64,000 nucleotides of DNA, from the IMG/VR virus record IMGVR_UViG_3300033047_000025, positions 2,648-66,647 of that record. The stretch is one strand, 5' to 3'. Below, one piece after another: positions 9,127-20,600 of this stretch (its first letter is position 1; every line of letters starts with the position of its first letter). The notes beneath the pieces were generated by a model. It was given only the letters and a program-made list of their open reading frames with translations, did not search any database and was not told the origin of the DNA. This DNA comes from a virus. Made by a program: the position numbers and the translations under genes.

Positions 9127-9701
9127 CTGGTGTTTACTAGGTGGACCACCTGACTCTGAAGCTCATCCAGAGATCCATCGTTAAGGATCGTGTGAGACCT
9201 GACCTTCGGGCTATGCCAGTAGCTTCGTGAGTCGTTTTTGAAGTCTTTGCCCGGTCGCTTGATATGCACAATATGAATATCGTTCGGCCTGAACATCTCG
9301 ATAATCGGAGAAGCCTCATGGCTGAACCCGCTATCGGTCACCACGACAGTCCTTCCGATATCGTTCCTCCCCATGGTGTTCAGGAGGATCCTTCCGAATG
9401 TGTCGTAACCGAACTTCTTTTTCACCCAGTCTTCGGACAGACTGATGGCTATCTGTCGACGGGTGAACCCGAACAGATTATTGGACGGCTCACCCTTATC
9501 CATGCCATCGACGCAGGACACGCCGAACATAGCCTGCATACCGTCAATGATCGGCTGCGCAAACTTTCGCAGTGAGACGTGAACGCACTGCTCAGCAATC
9601 ATTAGCCCGACTGTGTCTTTACCGCATCGTGGTGGGCCATTGAGAAGGATGACCTTAGGCGTGAGGGGCGTCGTTACGGTTCGTTTCGAGGTGACGGCCA
9701 T
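9117..9701 (-). CDS. deoxynucleoside monophosphate kinase-like P-loop protein
   Basis: LNGPPRCGKDT, KFAQP, VVTDSGFSHE and ILNDGSLDEL motifs; start MAVTSK at 9701. Confidence 0.85.
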   Translation of the reverse strand: MAVTSKRTVTTPLTPKVILLNGPPRCGKDTVGLMIAEQCVHVSLRKFAQPIIDGMQAMFGVSCVDGMDKGEPSNNLFGFTRRQIAISLSEDWVKKKFGYDTFGRILLNTMGRNDIGRTVVVTDSGFSHEASPIIEMFRPNDIHIVHIKRPGKDFKNDSRSYWHSPKVRSHTILNDGSLDELQSQVVHLVNTSWS

Positions 9702-10006
9702 TACTCTGACTCCTTGTCGATCTGATAAATGAGACGACCCAGTGCTACCTGTAGCGACCAACCTGTGACGGAAGTCTCTCCGTGAGTTGCAGTCCAATTA
9801 TTGTCAGCCCTGGTGATCATGATCTCGTCGGGAAGTGCGGTCAGTAGCGTATTTAGCCAGATGGGTGACGAGACGAAGTTGTGCATCCCGTCCCATCCGA
9901 GGATCTTCTGGATAACTTTGTCCATGTGTCGCTCGTATCGCTTGTGATCGGTAACCGTGTTCTTAGGCATGTGAACGATGGTAGCGAGAGTTTCGGCGCA
10001 TTTCAA
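9701..10006 (-). CDS. hypothetical protein
   Basis: First gene of the leftward unit; TAATG coupling; start may be near 9970. Confidence 0.55.
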   Translation of the reverse strand: MKCAETLATIVHMPKNTVTDHKRYERHMDKVIQKILGWDGMHNFVSSPIWLNTLLTALPDEIMITRADNNWTATHGETSVTGWSLQVALGRLIYQIDKESE

Positions 10007-10068
10007 GGGCCTATCTAAGCGTTGCTAACCCACCTGTCAGGGAGGCGCAGTCAGTCATAGTCTCTCTG

Positions 10069-10461
10069 ATGATGGAAACCCCAACCAATCAGATCGTGCA
10101 GACCAGCTTCAGTCAACTTATCAGCATCCTGTGTGCCGAGTCAGGATCTTTCGCCCAGGCTTTGAACAAGGCTGTCATGGAAGACTCAGGCATGACCAGC
10201 GAAGACATCAAAGAACTAGATGCCGAGAAAGCGACCACCTTGCAAAGGTCTGTAGCTGCAGTAGACCACCTCGACGTGGTTGAGGCTGCTGTCTCCGCTA
10301 ACCCACGTCTCGCAGCTCGCGCTATCCTGCCAATGATCTACCTAACAAGCGCCGCGTTCTCGGCGCAAGAGCGCCCGGAAAGGACTGCCAATATCCTGCC
10401 AGGACCGAAGGCGGAAAAGGAGTCGAAGGACGTGCCCGACGAATCGGTAGGGGCGGAGTAG
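10069..10461 (+). CDS. hypothetical protein
   Basis: 130 aa ORF opening the morphogenesis operon. Confidence 0.65.
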   Translation: MMETPTNQIVQTSFSQLISILCAESGSFAQALNKAVMEDSGMTSEDIKELDAEKATTLQRSVAAVDHLDVVEAAVSANPRLAARAILPMIYLTSAAFSAQERPERTANILPGPKAEKESKDVPDESVGAE

Positions 10462-10466
10462 CGAAG

Positions 10467-10940
10467 TTGGCTGGTAGATCGCGGGATCCATTCTACCCCA
10501 GTGAGGTGGACCGAGCCAACTTCATTAAGACTGTTGAAGCCGGGTTGCCGGTGGAGACTGCTGCTGCTGCTGTAGGATGGACTAAGTCAGAGCTAGCATC
10601 CTTGCGTGCCGGTGACAAGGAAATCAACAGGCAGATTTCGAAGCATGCAGCGCGGGCTGAAATCAAGCTGTTCACAAAGATGATGGAGTCCGGTCAGGCA
10701 GACTGGAGGTGCGTCCAATCTGCGCTCGAACGCATGCACCCAGAGAAGTATGCCCGACCTGAAATCCAGGTGCAGCTCGCCGCATCAAAGATCGACGCTA
10801 ACGATATCTGCGAGGCGATGAAAGAGTGGCTCACGATCGCTGAGCAACGTCATAGTGGTATTACCATTGACGAAGCTCGTGGTGAAAGTATACCTGTGAC
10901 TATTGAGATCGGAGAGCCGAGGGAAGACGATGAGAAGTAG
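10467..10940 (+). CDS. terS: probable terminase small subunit
   Basis: HTH-like N-terminus, DWR...LERMHPEKY motif, directly upstream of TerL. Confidence 0.65.
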   Translation: MAGRSRDPFYPSEVDRANFIKTVEAGLPVETAAAAVGWTKSELASLRAGDKEINRQISKHAARAEIKLFTKMMESGQADWRCVQSALERMHPEKYARPEIQVQLAASKIDANDICEAMKEWLTIAEQRHSGITIDEARGESIPVTIEIGEPREDDEK

Positions 10941-12387
10941 GGACAGAAACGCACTAGACATGCGTTCGGCTTCTGGACGTATCATCATGAAGTCTCACGA
11001 GCAACGAGACAGGTTTTTGAAGTCTCGCTGTAGGTTTGATGTCCTAGCCTGTGGCCGTAGATCAGGAAAAACTTCCGAGGCGAGGTGGCGACTAATAGCC
11101 GGTACCAGGCACCGTGGAGGCGTCCATTACGGATGCCTAACACCGCCCCCAGGCATCAAGGAGCCAACGTTTGTATACGCAGCCCCTACGTACTCACAGG
11201 CAAAGCGCGTCGTGTGGGAGGCGTTCAAGAGTGAGGTGCCCGATTGGATGGTCCTAAAGAAGTCCGAGTCTGAGCTGACCATGAACTTCCGCACAGGGGC
11301 TCGATTGATTATTGCCGGCATGGATAAGCCAGAGCGAATCGAGGGAATCGCCATCGACGGAGTCGTGCTAGATGAGTTCGCCGACATGAAGCCGTCCGCA
11401 TGGACATCGTCTATCAGGCCGGCGCTCTCAACATTCGGGCGACCACCAGGATGGGCCTTGTTTATCGGCAGACCGAGAGGCAAGAACCACTTCTATCGCA
11501 TGCACGAGCTAGCGAAGACGAGACAAGACTGGGGCACCTACCACCCATGGCCATCATGGCTGATCATGGAGCCTGAGGAGGTCGAGGCAGCCAGGGACGA
11601 CTTGGATGCAAGATCATTCGACCAGGAATACGGGGGGATATTCATCGACTCATCAGGAACAGCATACTACCAGTTTGGCGAGCACAACATAACTCAAATT
11701 GATTACAATCCTGATAAGGACCTGCAGTTCTCGTTCGACTTCAATGTGAATCCTGGAGTCGCGTTAGTCTCACAAGACCAAGAGACGAAGACGCACTTCT
11801 ACGAGTGCCCTCAGTGCGACATGGTTGTGGACTTGGACTCTGGCGAGGAGTGTCCGACATGCCGATACCTATTCCCTATGGAGCGCATCACTGGGGTGAT
11901 TGGCGAGGTATTCCGTTGGGATATCGACTCCAACACCAGGCTCGTATGCGAGGAGCTGGTAGAGGGATGGGGTGCACGCCACCGTGGGGCTATCGTGTGT
12001 TACGGAGACGCCACCGGCGGCGCCCGAAGGACCAGCTCTGAGCGAAGCGACTGGCAGATCATCGAGGCACACCTTGCCTTGTGTTGGCCGGATATGACCA
12101 TTGATGTCAGTCGAACGAACCCTAATGTCCGTGACAGGCTAGTAACGACCAATAGTAGATTCCAGAGCGCCAACGGTAACATTCGAATACTCATCGATAA
12201 AGAGAAGGCGCCAAACCTGGTTCTCGACCTTGAGTCCACAACTCTAAAAGGCAACGGAGACCTAAACCCTGGACCCGAAGGCAAGTTCTCGCACATAAGC
12301 GACGCGCTAGGATACCTTGTATGCCAGAGGTATGGTTCGTTACTATACACCGACAACTACTTCGAGGACGACTTCACTCTCCTGTAA
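10930..12387 (+). CDS. terL: terminase large subunit
   Basis: Walker A CGRRSGKT, Walker B VVLDEFAD, nuclease motifs FDFNVNP, YGDATG and HISDALGY. Confidence 0.95.
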   Translation: MRSRDRNALDMRSASGRIIMKSHEQRDRFLKSRCRFDVLACGRRSGKTSEARWRLIAGTRHRGGVHYGCLTPPPGIKEPTFVYAAPTYSQAKRVVWEAFKSEVPDWMVLKKSESELTMNFRTGARLIIAGMDKPERIEGIAIDGVVLDEFADMKPSAWTSSIRPALSTFGRPPGWALFIGRPRGKNHFYRMHELAKTRQDWGTYHPWPSWLIMEPEEVEAARDDLDARSFDQEYGGIFIDSSGTAYYQFGEHNITQIDYNPDKDLQFSFDFNVNPGVALVSQDQETKTHFYECPQCDMVVDLDSGEECPTCRYLFPMERITGVIGEVFRWDIDSNTRLVCEELVEGWGARHRGAIVCYGDATGGARRTSSERSDWQIIEAHLALCWPDMTIDVSRTNPNVRDRLVTTNSRFQSANGNIRILIDKEKAPNLVLDLESTTLKGNGDLNPGPEGKFSHISDALGYLVCQRYGSLLYTDNYFEDDFTLL

Positions 12388-12393
12388 CTCAAC

Positions 12394-13926
12394 ATGATCG
12401 ATCACACTTCACACTTGTTTCGTTACTCCAGCTATCAGCCAGGTGGGATCATTGGTTCCAGGGACGGGGCGCCAGTCGGCGACTATGGCGGGGAGGCAGG
12501 GCCAGAAACTCCAAGGCCAGCTCTCGTCAATATGATCGAGGCGGCTGAGCTTACTGACGACCTTATGGGCGGCAATCGCGCCATGCGTAAGTCATCATAC
12601 AAGTGGCTGCCGCGAGAAACAGAGGAGACGATCCAGAATCATAATATCCGAGTGGGACGGGCCACGTGCTTTCCGTTCTACAAGGACACTGTGAAGGACT
12701 TGGCTGGTAAGCCATTCGTCCGCCCAGTAGTTGTTGATGGCATCAACGAGAAGTTTAGCGAGTTCATGCGTGACGTAGATGGCACAGGCCAGAACCTCAC
12801 GGTGTTCACTGATGATCTGATGGGTGGATCGATCCATCGGGGCATGTATCACGTCCTCGTAGACGCTCAAGGTACTGGAGAAACAGAAGCCGCAACAAAT
12901 GATCGCCGTGTGTACGTTCGAAAGATCGACCCGGTCGACATGCTGGACATCCGTGACTCCGCCGACGACGCGGGCAGAATGCACGTTGACTACTGTAGGT
13001 TCAGCGTGTCTCGTGCCGTGGATTCAGACTCATTCTCACAGGAGATCGAGGTGGTCATCATCGAGCTAGAGAGACCTATTGGTCAAGAGATCGGTACGAA
13101 GATCGAATACAAGCACAGCAAGGACGTTGGTAAGTGGGTAGAGTTCAAGAGGGAGGCATACAATCCTGGGGGCAACGGCATACCGTTATTTACGCACTAC
13201 ACAAACCAGACTGGATACTTCGAGGCTGAGCCGGCCATGGAAGACCTTGCTTGGGTAAATCTTGCACACTACCAGAGCCGCGCCGACCATGCTCACGTCA
13301 TGCGCGTGGCAAGGCTGGTGACGCTGGTTACTACCGGGTTCAAGTCAGCGTCACGAACAACTAAGCCAGAAAACAAGGGGAAGGACAAGATTGCACTAGG
13401 CCCATTAAGTCGCATCAATAGTGCAAACGATGCTGCTAAGGTATTCTTCCTTGAGCCAAGCGGTAGGTCTATCGAGCTGTCCATGGAAGACATGGGTCAG
13501 CTTGAGAAGGAGGCTAAGCGTTTGGGTGCTCGTCACCATAGCAGCGATAAGTCACACGTGACTGCTGAGTCAGTAATCACTGACAATCAGAAGCTATCTA
13601 ACAACCTGAATGGGTTCTGTGTCAGGATGGAGACCACTATCCAACACGTCATTGAGGCCGTGGGAGAGTGGATCAACGCCACTACTGACAATATCGAAGT
13701 GACCATCTACAAAGACTTCGACGCAAAGATGGACTTTGACGGTGGTGCTAAGTCGATTCAGGCATTGTCTGACGTGCTCACTCCTCGGCAGAAGCTGATC
13801 GAAGCCGAGCGATACGGGATGCTTCGTCCAGGATTTCCCATCGAGGAGAACCTTGCTGGCCTTGAGGATATCCAAAAGTCTGTCGAAGAGGATCTCAATA
13901 GAAGCATCGACAAGGTAGAGGACTAA
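12394..13926 (+). CDS. portal protein (DUF4055-like)
   Basis: 510 aa after TerL; DLMGG..AMR...WLP, DVDGTG and DLAWVNLAHYQS motifs. Confidence 0.9.
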   Translation: MIDHTSHLFRYSSYQPGGIIGSRDGAPVGDYGGEAGPETPRPALVNMIEAAELTDDLMGGNRAMRKSSYKWLPRETEETIQNHNIRVGRATCFPFYKDTVKDLAGKPFVRPVVVDGINEKFSEFMRDVDGTGQNLTVFTDDLMGGSIHRGMYHVLVDAQGTGETEAATNDRRVYVRKIDPVDMLDIRDSADDAGRMHVDYCRFSVSRAVDSDSFSQEIEVVIIELERPIGQEIGTKIEYKHSKDVGKWVEFKREAYNPGGNGIPLFTHYTNQTGYFEAEPAMEDLAWVNLAHYQSRADHAHVMRVARLVTLVTTGFKSASRTTKPENKGKDKIALGPLSRINSANDAAKVFFLEPSGRSIELSMEDMGQLEKEAKRLGARHHSSDKSHVTAESVITDNQKLSNNLNGFCVRMETTIQHVIEAVGEWINATTDNIEVTIYKDFDAKMDFDGGAKSIQALSDVLTPRQKLIEAERYGMLRPGFPIEENLAGLEDIQKSVEEDLNRSIDKVED

Positions 13927-14861
13927 TGTCCTCGACCTCTATCCCTCCTCGCGATGCGGATGAAGAGTGGCTAGACGAGGCTATCCTCGTAGCCATCCTG
14001 GGCATCCAATTCGGTAACGCGGCAGGAAGGCGAGCAACCAAGGTAATGTCAGATTCTGTTCGCAGCGAGGTTCTCGAAGCGATCAGGGCCATGGGGCGAA
14101 ATCCTAGCGCCGCACGTGTAAGGGCTACACTGGCAAGGATCGACAGAGCATTCAATAGGTCGATCAATGCGGTCAGGCGATCCATCTTCAGGGATTCGAG
14201 AACCCTTATCGGGGTCGAGAGGAGTAACCTCCCGGATGGAATCGACAAGCCAACAACGGCCTCCATGGTTGCTGCTCTAGGGTCGAGACTCATTGTAGGA
14301 CGGACACTGGACGACTATCTGGAAACGTGGATACGCCAGGGAGCGCTGGGTAGGGTCAGGGCCATCGTTCGTCAGCTATCGGCATCTGGGTCATCCCCCG
14401 CAGCCATCGCCGCCAGGGTGTCTGTGGACATGGTCAAAACGACGCTGGCGGTCGGATCCATAACCAAGACGGTAATGGCCGACACTTCTGTGATGGTTCG
14501 AAGCACGGCAGCTAATGGCCGTCGACTCGTGTGGATTTCTGTCCTGGACGATAGGACCACGGTTCAGTGTATCAATCTGGATGGCGACACTTGGATCGAG
14601 GGAGAGCCTCACGTCATCCCTCCTATCCACATAAACTGTAGGTCTACGATCGGTATCTTCATGGGTAGCGGAACCGGGGCCAATATGCCGAAGTACGTCG
14701 AATGGCTAAGGCGCCAGGGAAGTGCTGTTCAAAATACTGTGCTTGGCGTGGAGAGAGCAATTGCTTGGCGCGCAGGCAGCCTGTCGATCTCCCAAATGGT
14801 CGACGCCACAAGAACCAGGACACTAACCCTGGATGCCCTTAGAAAACTGGGTCGGCTGTGA
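13926..14861 (+). CDS. minor head morphogenesis protein (SPP1 gp7/Mu gpF family)
   Basis: WISVLDDRTTVQCINLDG...PPIHINCRST. Confidence 0.9.
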   Translation: MSSTSIPPRDADEEWLDEAILVAILGIQFGNAAGRRATKVMSDSVRSEVLEAIRAMGRNPSAARVRATLARIDRAFNRSINAVRRSIFRDSRTLIGVERSNLPDGIDKPTTASMVAALGSRLIVGRTLDDYLETWIRQGALGRVRAIVRQLSASGSSPAAIAARVSVDMVKTTLAVGSITKTVMADTSVMVRSTAANGRRLVWISVLDDRTTVQCINLDGDTWIEGEPHVIPPIHINCRSTIGIFMGSGTGANMPKYVEWLRRQGSAVQNTVLGVERAIAWRAGSLSISQMVDATRTRTLTLDALRKLGRL

Positions 14862-14946
14862 TGCTAACACCAGTAGAACGGAGTGGACATATTTGCTCTA
14901 CTCCATTGCAGATACCGAAAATCCCCATTACGGTTAGACATACACA

Positions 14947-15810
14947 ATGAAGATCAAGATTCGAATCGACTCCCTTGAAACTGTAAGTGAAGAGCTTCGC
15001 GGCTTCTATGAGGAGGACTCCGTCAACGGAGGTTTCATCCTACAGGCAGAGCCTGACGCCAAGGGTCTTGCTATCGGCCCACTTGCATCTCTACGAGGCA
15101 AGCTAGAAGAGTCGCAGAAGAAGGAGATTAAGGTCAAGGGCATGCTCCTGACTAAGGACGATGACTCACTGTGGTCTTTGGAGGAGGTCAACGGCATCGT
15201 CCAAGAGCTGGCTCATGCCAAGGAGGCGAACACTCTCCTTTTATCCAAGAACAAAGGGGGCGACGAGCTGCTTCAGCAGCAAGTAGCTGCAGCTAAGGGG
15301 CCACTCCAGAAGGAGAACACTGAGCTGAAGGCAAAGGTCGACGCGTACCGTAAGACGGTCTATGCCGGCGAGTCTGCCCGTCAGGTCGACAGCGTGCTCA
15401 AAGCCATGCGCCCGAAGAAAGAGTGGGAAGACCTTCTCCGCCAGGAGATTTCACGGCACGTTTCAGTCGAGGAAATCGATGGAAACCTCAAGTCTACATT
15501 CATTGATCCCTCGACCGGCGTGGCGCTGTTCAGCTCCGGCCACGATAACGATGGCCCTATGGACCTCAAGGAGTTCGCGGAGAGCACGGACATCCGTACT
15601 CGATACGCACAATGTCTTGAGGGCGACGGCAAGGTCGGCGCTAATATCAAGCCAGACGATACATCTCGAAATAAGCAGCGAACCGCAGACAAGAAGTTCG
15701 GCGCAAAGGACGTGGCTATCACGTCCGAAGATGCGGACGACTTCACAATGTTTGTGGAGGCTAGCAATAAGGCGACAAAGCAAGGCGGAACCGTAGTCAT
15801 CGTTGACTAG
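14947..15810 (+). CDS. capsid scaffolding protein
   Basis: Charged coiled-coil protein between minor head and capsid genes. Confidence 0.75.
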   Translation: MKIKIRIDSLETVSEELRGFYEEDSVNGGFILQAEPDAKGLAIGPLASLRGKLEESQKKEIKVKGMLLTKDDDSLWSLEEVNGIVQELAHAKEANTLLLSKNKGGDELLQQQVAAAKGPLQKENTELKAKVDAYRKTVYAGESARQVDSVLKAMRPKKEWEDLLRQEISRHVSVEEIDGNLKSTFIDPSTGVALFSSGHDNDGPMDLKEFAESTDIRTRYAQCLEGDGKVGANIKPDDTSRNKQRTADKKFGAKDVAITSEDADDFTMFVEASNKATKQGGTVVIVD

Positions 15811-16039
15811 GTCGAGCATGACTTGCAGTTGATGGGCGTGGTGATTCCGCCTGTTAGCTAGAGAAAGGTTGAGCCAGACCATAACCGGCTAGTGTTAGTG
15901 GTGATACCTGACGCGAACTACCTTGGGGGACCGGGTGGATGATAAGGCTTTGAAGGAGGCGTTGGTACGTCGCCGGGCCGCAGGCATGCAGAATGGCGGT
16001 CGTCCGCTAAGGTCTCGTAAGATATAGTAGGAATCACAA
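15811..16039 (+). ncRNA. structured intergenic/leader RNA candidate upstream of the capsid gene
   Basis: Several G-U-rich hairpins; two share the loop UGGUGAU(U/A)C (15827-15859 and 15892-15914). Confidence 0.55.
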
Positions 16040-17203
16040 ATGGCTAGCACACTTAACAACTACAATCCACAGTACTGGGCTAACCAAGCCCTGATGCTGC
16101 TCACGACCCGTAAGGGTTACGCCTCGCGGATCTTCCGTGGTTACGAGGGCGAGCGCGAGTCGTTCGGTCGCGGTGACGTGATCAACTTCCGTAAGCCGAT
16201 GAAGTTTACGGCCGAGGATATCTTTTCTTCGGCTCCAACCGCTATCGACCTGGACCCGCCAAAGTCGAGCCTGACTCTCGATAGCCACTTCGCTGTCCGG
16301 TTCAAGGTCTCAGACAAGGATCTCGTTTTTGCTGGTGATCGACTGGTCACTGAGCATATCGCGCCGGCGGTTGATGCTCTAGCTCAGAAGCTCGATCTTG
16401 ACGTCGCCACGATGTTCACGAACAAGATTCCTCACGTTGTTGCCACCACGCTGTCGACTACGAACGCGGCTACGCTGCTCTCGAACGTCCGCAAGAAGAT
16501 GGTCGAGAACTTGGTGCCACGCGACGGTAAGCCGCTGACGTACGTTGCCTCGCCGGCAACCATGGCTCTGATGCTGCAGAACACCGCGTTCACGCAGTTC
16601 CAAGGCGCTGATGGCGCTGGTGTTGCCGCTCAGACTAGTGGTGACCTCGGCATGAAGTTCGGATTTAGCTGGTTCGAAACGACCAACATCATCACTGGCC
16701 GTGCCGTTACTGTCCCGAATGATACAACCGGAGCCCTGTCTGCGGCTCATCTGTCGAGCGTGACCAGCATTGCTGTAGACAACTTCGGAACTTCTGAGGT
16801 TATCGCCGCAGGTCAGATCCTCACGATCGCCGGAGATTCGTACGTCGTGAAGACGGGTGCGACGATGTCAAGTGGTGCGGGCACCCTCGTATTGGAGGTT
16901 CCCACTCGTCAGGCATACGCCAACAACGCCGTTGTTTTGCTGACTTCGGACGTCACGACCGCTGTTGATAACGACATCGCGTTCCACCCGAGTGCTGCTG
17001 CCCTTGTGGTTGCCCCGCTCCCGATGCATGCCAGCTCCCTGGGCGCTAGCATCTACACCGCGACGGACCCGGCCAGTGGCCTGTCGGTCCGAGCACGCCT
17101 CAACTACGACAACGTAGCGGGCGATGTCAATGTCATCCTCGACGTGCTCTACGGTATGGCGATTATCGATCAAGACCTCGCTGTCCGCGTCGAAATCGCC
17201 TAA
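16040..17203 (+). CDS. major capsid protein (P22 coat-like family)
   Basis: GDVINFRKP, IAPAVDALAQKLD, AFHPSAAALV and LDVLYG motifs; position in the operon. Confidence 0.9.
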   Translation: MASTLNNYNPQYWANQALMLLTTRKGYASRIFRGYEGERESFGRGDVINFRKPMKFTAEDIFSSAPTAIDLDPPKSSLTLDSHFAVRFKVSDKDLVFAGDRLVTEHIAPAVDALAQKLDLDVATMFTNKIPHVVATTLSTTNAATLLSNVRKKMVENLVPRDGKPLTYVASPATMALMLQNTAFTQFQGADGAGVAAQTSGDLGMKFGFSWFETTNIITGRAVTVPNDTTGALSAAHLSSVTSIAVDNFGTSEVIAAGQILTIAGDSYVVKTGATMSSGAGTLVLEVPTRQAYANNAVVLLTSDVTTAVDNDIAFHPSAAALVVAPLPMHASSLGASIYTATDPASGLSVRARLNYDNVAGDVNVILDVLYGMAIIDQDLAVRVEIA

Positions 17204-17286
17204 GCCTGACTAGCGGCGTCCAGCATATAGCTATTCGTCGCTATCACCGCTTCATAGGTGGGGGGTGTCATAATACAGTCTCCACC

Positions 17287-17535
17287 ATGCTAAAAACTGT
17301 ACGCATGGTCAACGGCGACGGGCTCGTTCGTTTCGTTTCGGTCGGACTTGAGGCATCTTTTCTAAAAAAGAACAAGGGCTTCAAAATCGTGACCGATCCC
17401 ACTGTTGACAAGGCCGTGGTCAAGCCATCCGCAAAGATGGTCAACAGCCGAGATCCCGACCGAAAGACACAGGAGCGCAAGTTAAAGGAAAACAGTCAAC
17501 CAAACGAGGCTGGGGGGGCTTCTTCTGGTAGATAA
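17287..17535 (+). CDS. small head-module protein
   Basis: 82 aa ORF after the capsid gene. Confidence 0.55.
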   Translation: MLKTVRMVNGDGLVRFVSVGLEASFLKKNKGFKIVTDPTVDKAVVKPSAKMVNSRDPDRKTQERKLKENSQPNEAGGASSGR

Positions 17536-17616
17536 TGCACGCCCCGCAATGGGGCACCCGGCTGGCATGGTAACCCCGTGTCAGCCACTTTAGTGTCAGG
17601 ATAGGAAAGCATCAGG

Positions 17617-20600
17617 ATGGCGAAAACCCACGTTTACGGTCTGTTTGGCGACGCACATGTCCGTGGTAACAGTGGGTCTGATGCGGGTAGCTCTCCGCCT
17701 GTCGTGCTGGGTCCAGCAGAGCAGATCCTGTTTTTCTTCGGGAGCCACAATCTAGTAGCTGGTACCGACGAGAATACTACGATTGAGCAGACGATCGCGG
17801 CGGCTGCTACTGACGTTCGTGCGAGGGTGGTCGCCATCCCTAGCGCGTCGACTGTCATCGTAGAGCCAATCGTACCGTCTACTACTGCCCTGTATCCAGC
17901 TCAGCTAAATGCAGAGCGTAGGATCATGTGGAGTTCAACGGACGCAATCACATTCAATAGGGGTGCTCCACAAGGCTTAAGAGTCTTCTCTTACACGAAC
18001 TCGCAGTTGATTGAGCAGCTCAACGACGATGAGTTACTAAAGCCAACTGAAGATAGTGTATTCTGGGACCCGAATGCTCGTTTAGCCCGTACGGTCAGCA
18101 TCGAAAACTTCGACGGGTCCGGGTCAGAAGCGGTATACCCAGGAGACAAGCTTACTGCATCTAGCGGAGGAGACTTCCTGGTAGTTGGTGTGAGTAATGT
18201 AGACAATGCCGCGAAGACGGCTACGCTTCACGTAGCAAACTGGAATGGGTCAATTGCTAACGGCGATACTCTGGCGACTGACCATACCACGCCGAACCAG
18301 TCTTGGACAGGTGTGTCTATTGTTGCGTCCACAGGAATCGGCGCCGCACAATCAGCAGGGTCGTGGGTCCCGCACTGTGCCTCTCCATCTCTAGGATTCA
18401 CGATAGAGCAGCTTGAGAGTGACACTGTTGATGTTACTGTAGGTAGCATGTGGGAAGTTCCCCCAAGGGGAAACGGTAATATTAACTCCACCAAGTCTAC
18501 CTCTCCACAGCTAGGGCCAGATACCAAAATCGTTCGCAACGCGATTCGAACTTATGAGAACCTAGAGAGTGACGATCAGGGCATCCGACTTGTCAAGTTC
18601 GGATCGAATGAGACGACACTCACAGACACTGGAGGCCTAGGTGGCGTCACGCTGCAATACGTATCGGTATCCTCACCATCTGGTACATACACCACAGGAG
18701 AGGTAGTTACTTCTGATGACGCAGTACCATGGTCTGCAAAGGTAGCTGGATACTTCGGTAGCATTCTCTATGTGCACACCACGAACGGTGAGGTTCTAGG
18801 TGCATCAAAGACTATCACGGGCGCCACATCGGGTGTGACATCGACCTCCGCAGGCGCCGCAGTCGGCTGGCAGAAGGGATCCTCATACTGGAACGCCATG
18901 GCGGCAGAGCGCACATCTGCAGAGGGTGCAACAGGCTTCCTACATAACGGATCTGCAGCGAAGTGGGAGCGCATCTTCCTGATGGTCTGGGAAGGTGAGG
19001 TTGGCCCGTATTCGATCCTGTATGGGGCCGACGCAGCGGCTGGGTATGCAATGTCTATAGAGATGACACTGACTTCCCAAGCAGCGCGTCGTGCACAATG
19101 GACCACGTTTGCTGCGGATCTGAGGGCTCTGCTTGACCCTTCAGGGGGTGTTAGTATGCACATCCGTACCTGGGTCCACCATAGCGGGTCTCAGTCTGAG
19201 TCGATGACTCCTACCCTTGGTTTAGGAGTAGTCTCTGCAGCTACTCGTGCAAATATCCTTGAGCTTCCATCATACGTGACAAACTTCTCGGTTGTAGACT
19301 CCGAGCAGCGCGGCCACCTAATGGAAAGCGGTAGAAGTGCAAGCTACGGTGCAGGAGATACTGATACCGACCTTTTCCTAAGAACTAGTGACTACATTGA
19401 CCTAGGTCAGGCACTGTGGGATGGGAGGTCGAACAGGGCAATCACTGCGCCGGCCGGAAACCTTCAGATCCTACCTATCGGGGTCATTAGTGGAAGCCAG
19501 TCACAGATGCTGGGAACGGCCAATTACAACAGTGGGGTATCTGGCGTAGCCTATATCGACAGAGACCCTGAGAAGTACGCATCGGCGAGCTTCCTGGCTC
19601 ATGGTAATACCGTCATCGACACCACGGATTCGAATGCTGTCGTATTCAACTTCCAGGAAGATGAATTGGAAACGTGGGATGTGAACCTGAATGAGAACAC
19701 GTTCAACATCGCGGCCACGGCCATAGGAACAACTGGGCCTTGCCCACCCATCGTTCAGCGCATGAAGATGAGGTACGGTTCTGGTGGAACATCCGGCCTG
19801 TTCGGATTGTTCAAGGCCGTTGTGGGTGGGTCATGCCTCAACCCTGATATCCGAGTCGCTACCGGGTGCTGGCAGCCGCTCCTGACTTCCAGACCCAGCA
19901 CAGGGCCGGTGTCGACCGTTGTGACTCACGTCAACAACAAAGCAGTCTTCACTGCTGCAGGAGCATTCAGCACGTTTGGTAGCGCCGACTACACTGTCGT
20001 CATCACGGGCGGTGCCCTATTCCAGGGAGCCATGGGAAGAAACACAGTTCTTCATGGTATCAATATCGCCAGTAACATCACGTCTAACTCGTTCGAGATT
20101 GACGACGCATCTGGACTCATCGAGAACGGGACAGAGACACTCACCTTCACATTCGGTCCGCCGCCACTTTGGCCTACCATGGAAGCCAAGTGGAAGCTGT
20201 TCGTTGCGGACTGTATTCAGAAGGGCTACATACCACGGCCAGTGTGGCTATTGCAGGACCAGGGCGAGAGCGACATGTTGGAGGTATCTAGCTACAAGCA
20301 ATACCTAGACGAGTTCTGGACCGCCTTCGAGGACCTGTGTGATATGCGGGAGTCTACTTCCGACTCCGACATTGCCAAGTGCATCGTGCAGGTACATAAA
20401 TACTCTCCGTTCGGTAATACGCCAATCGCTGATATTAACACGATTAGGGGTCTCCAGTCGACTAAGTCCAGCACACTTGCAAACTGCGTTCTTGTAGACC
20501 CGACGCCCCTGTCACTAGAGGTTAGTGCAGATAGCCCTACTCCTAATATCTCTGTGCCGCCATGGCCACGTAGGTACAGGCTTGAGAATGGTATCCACCT

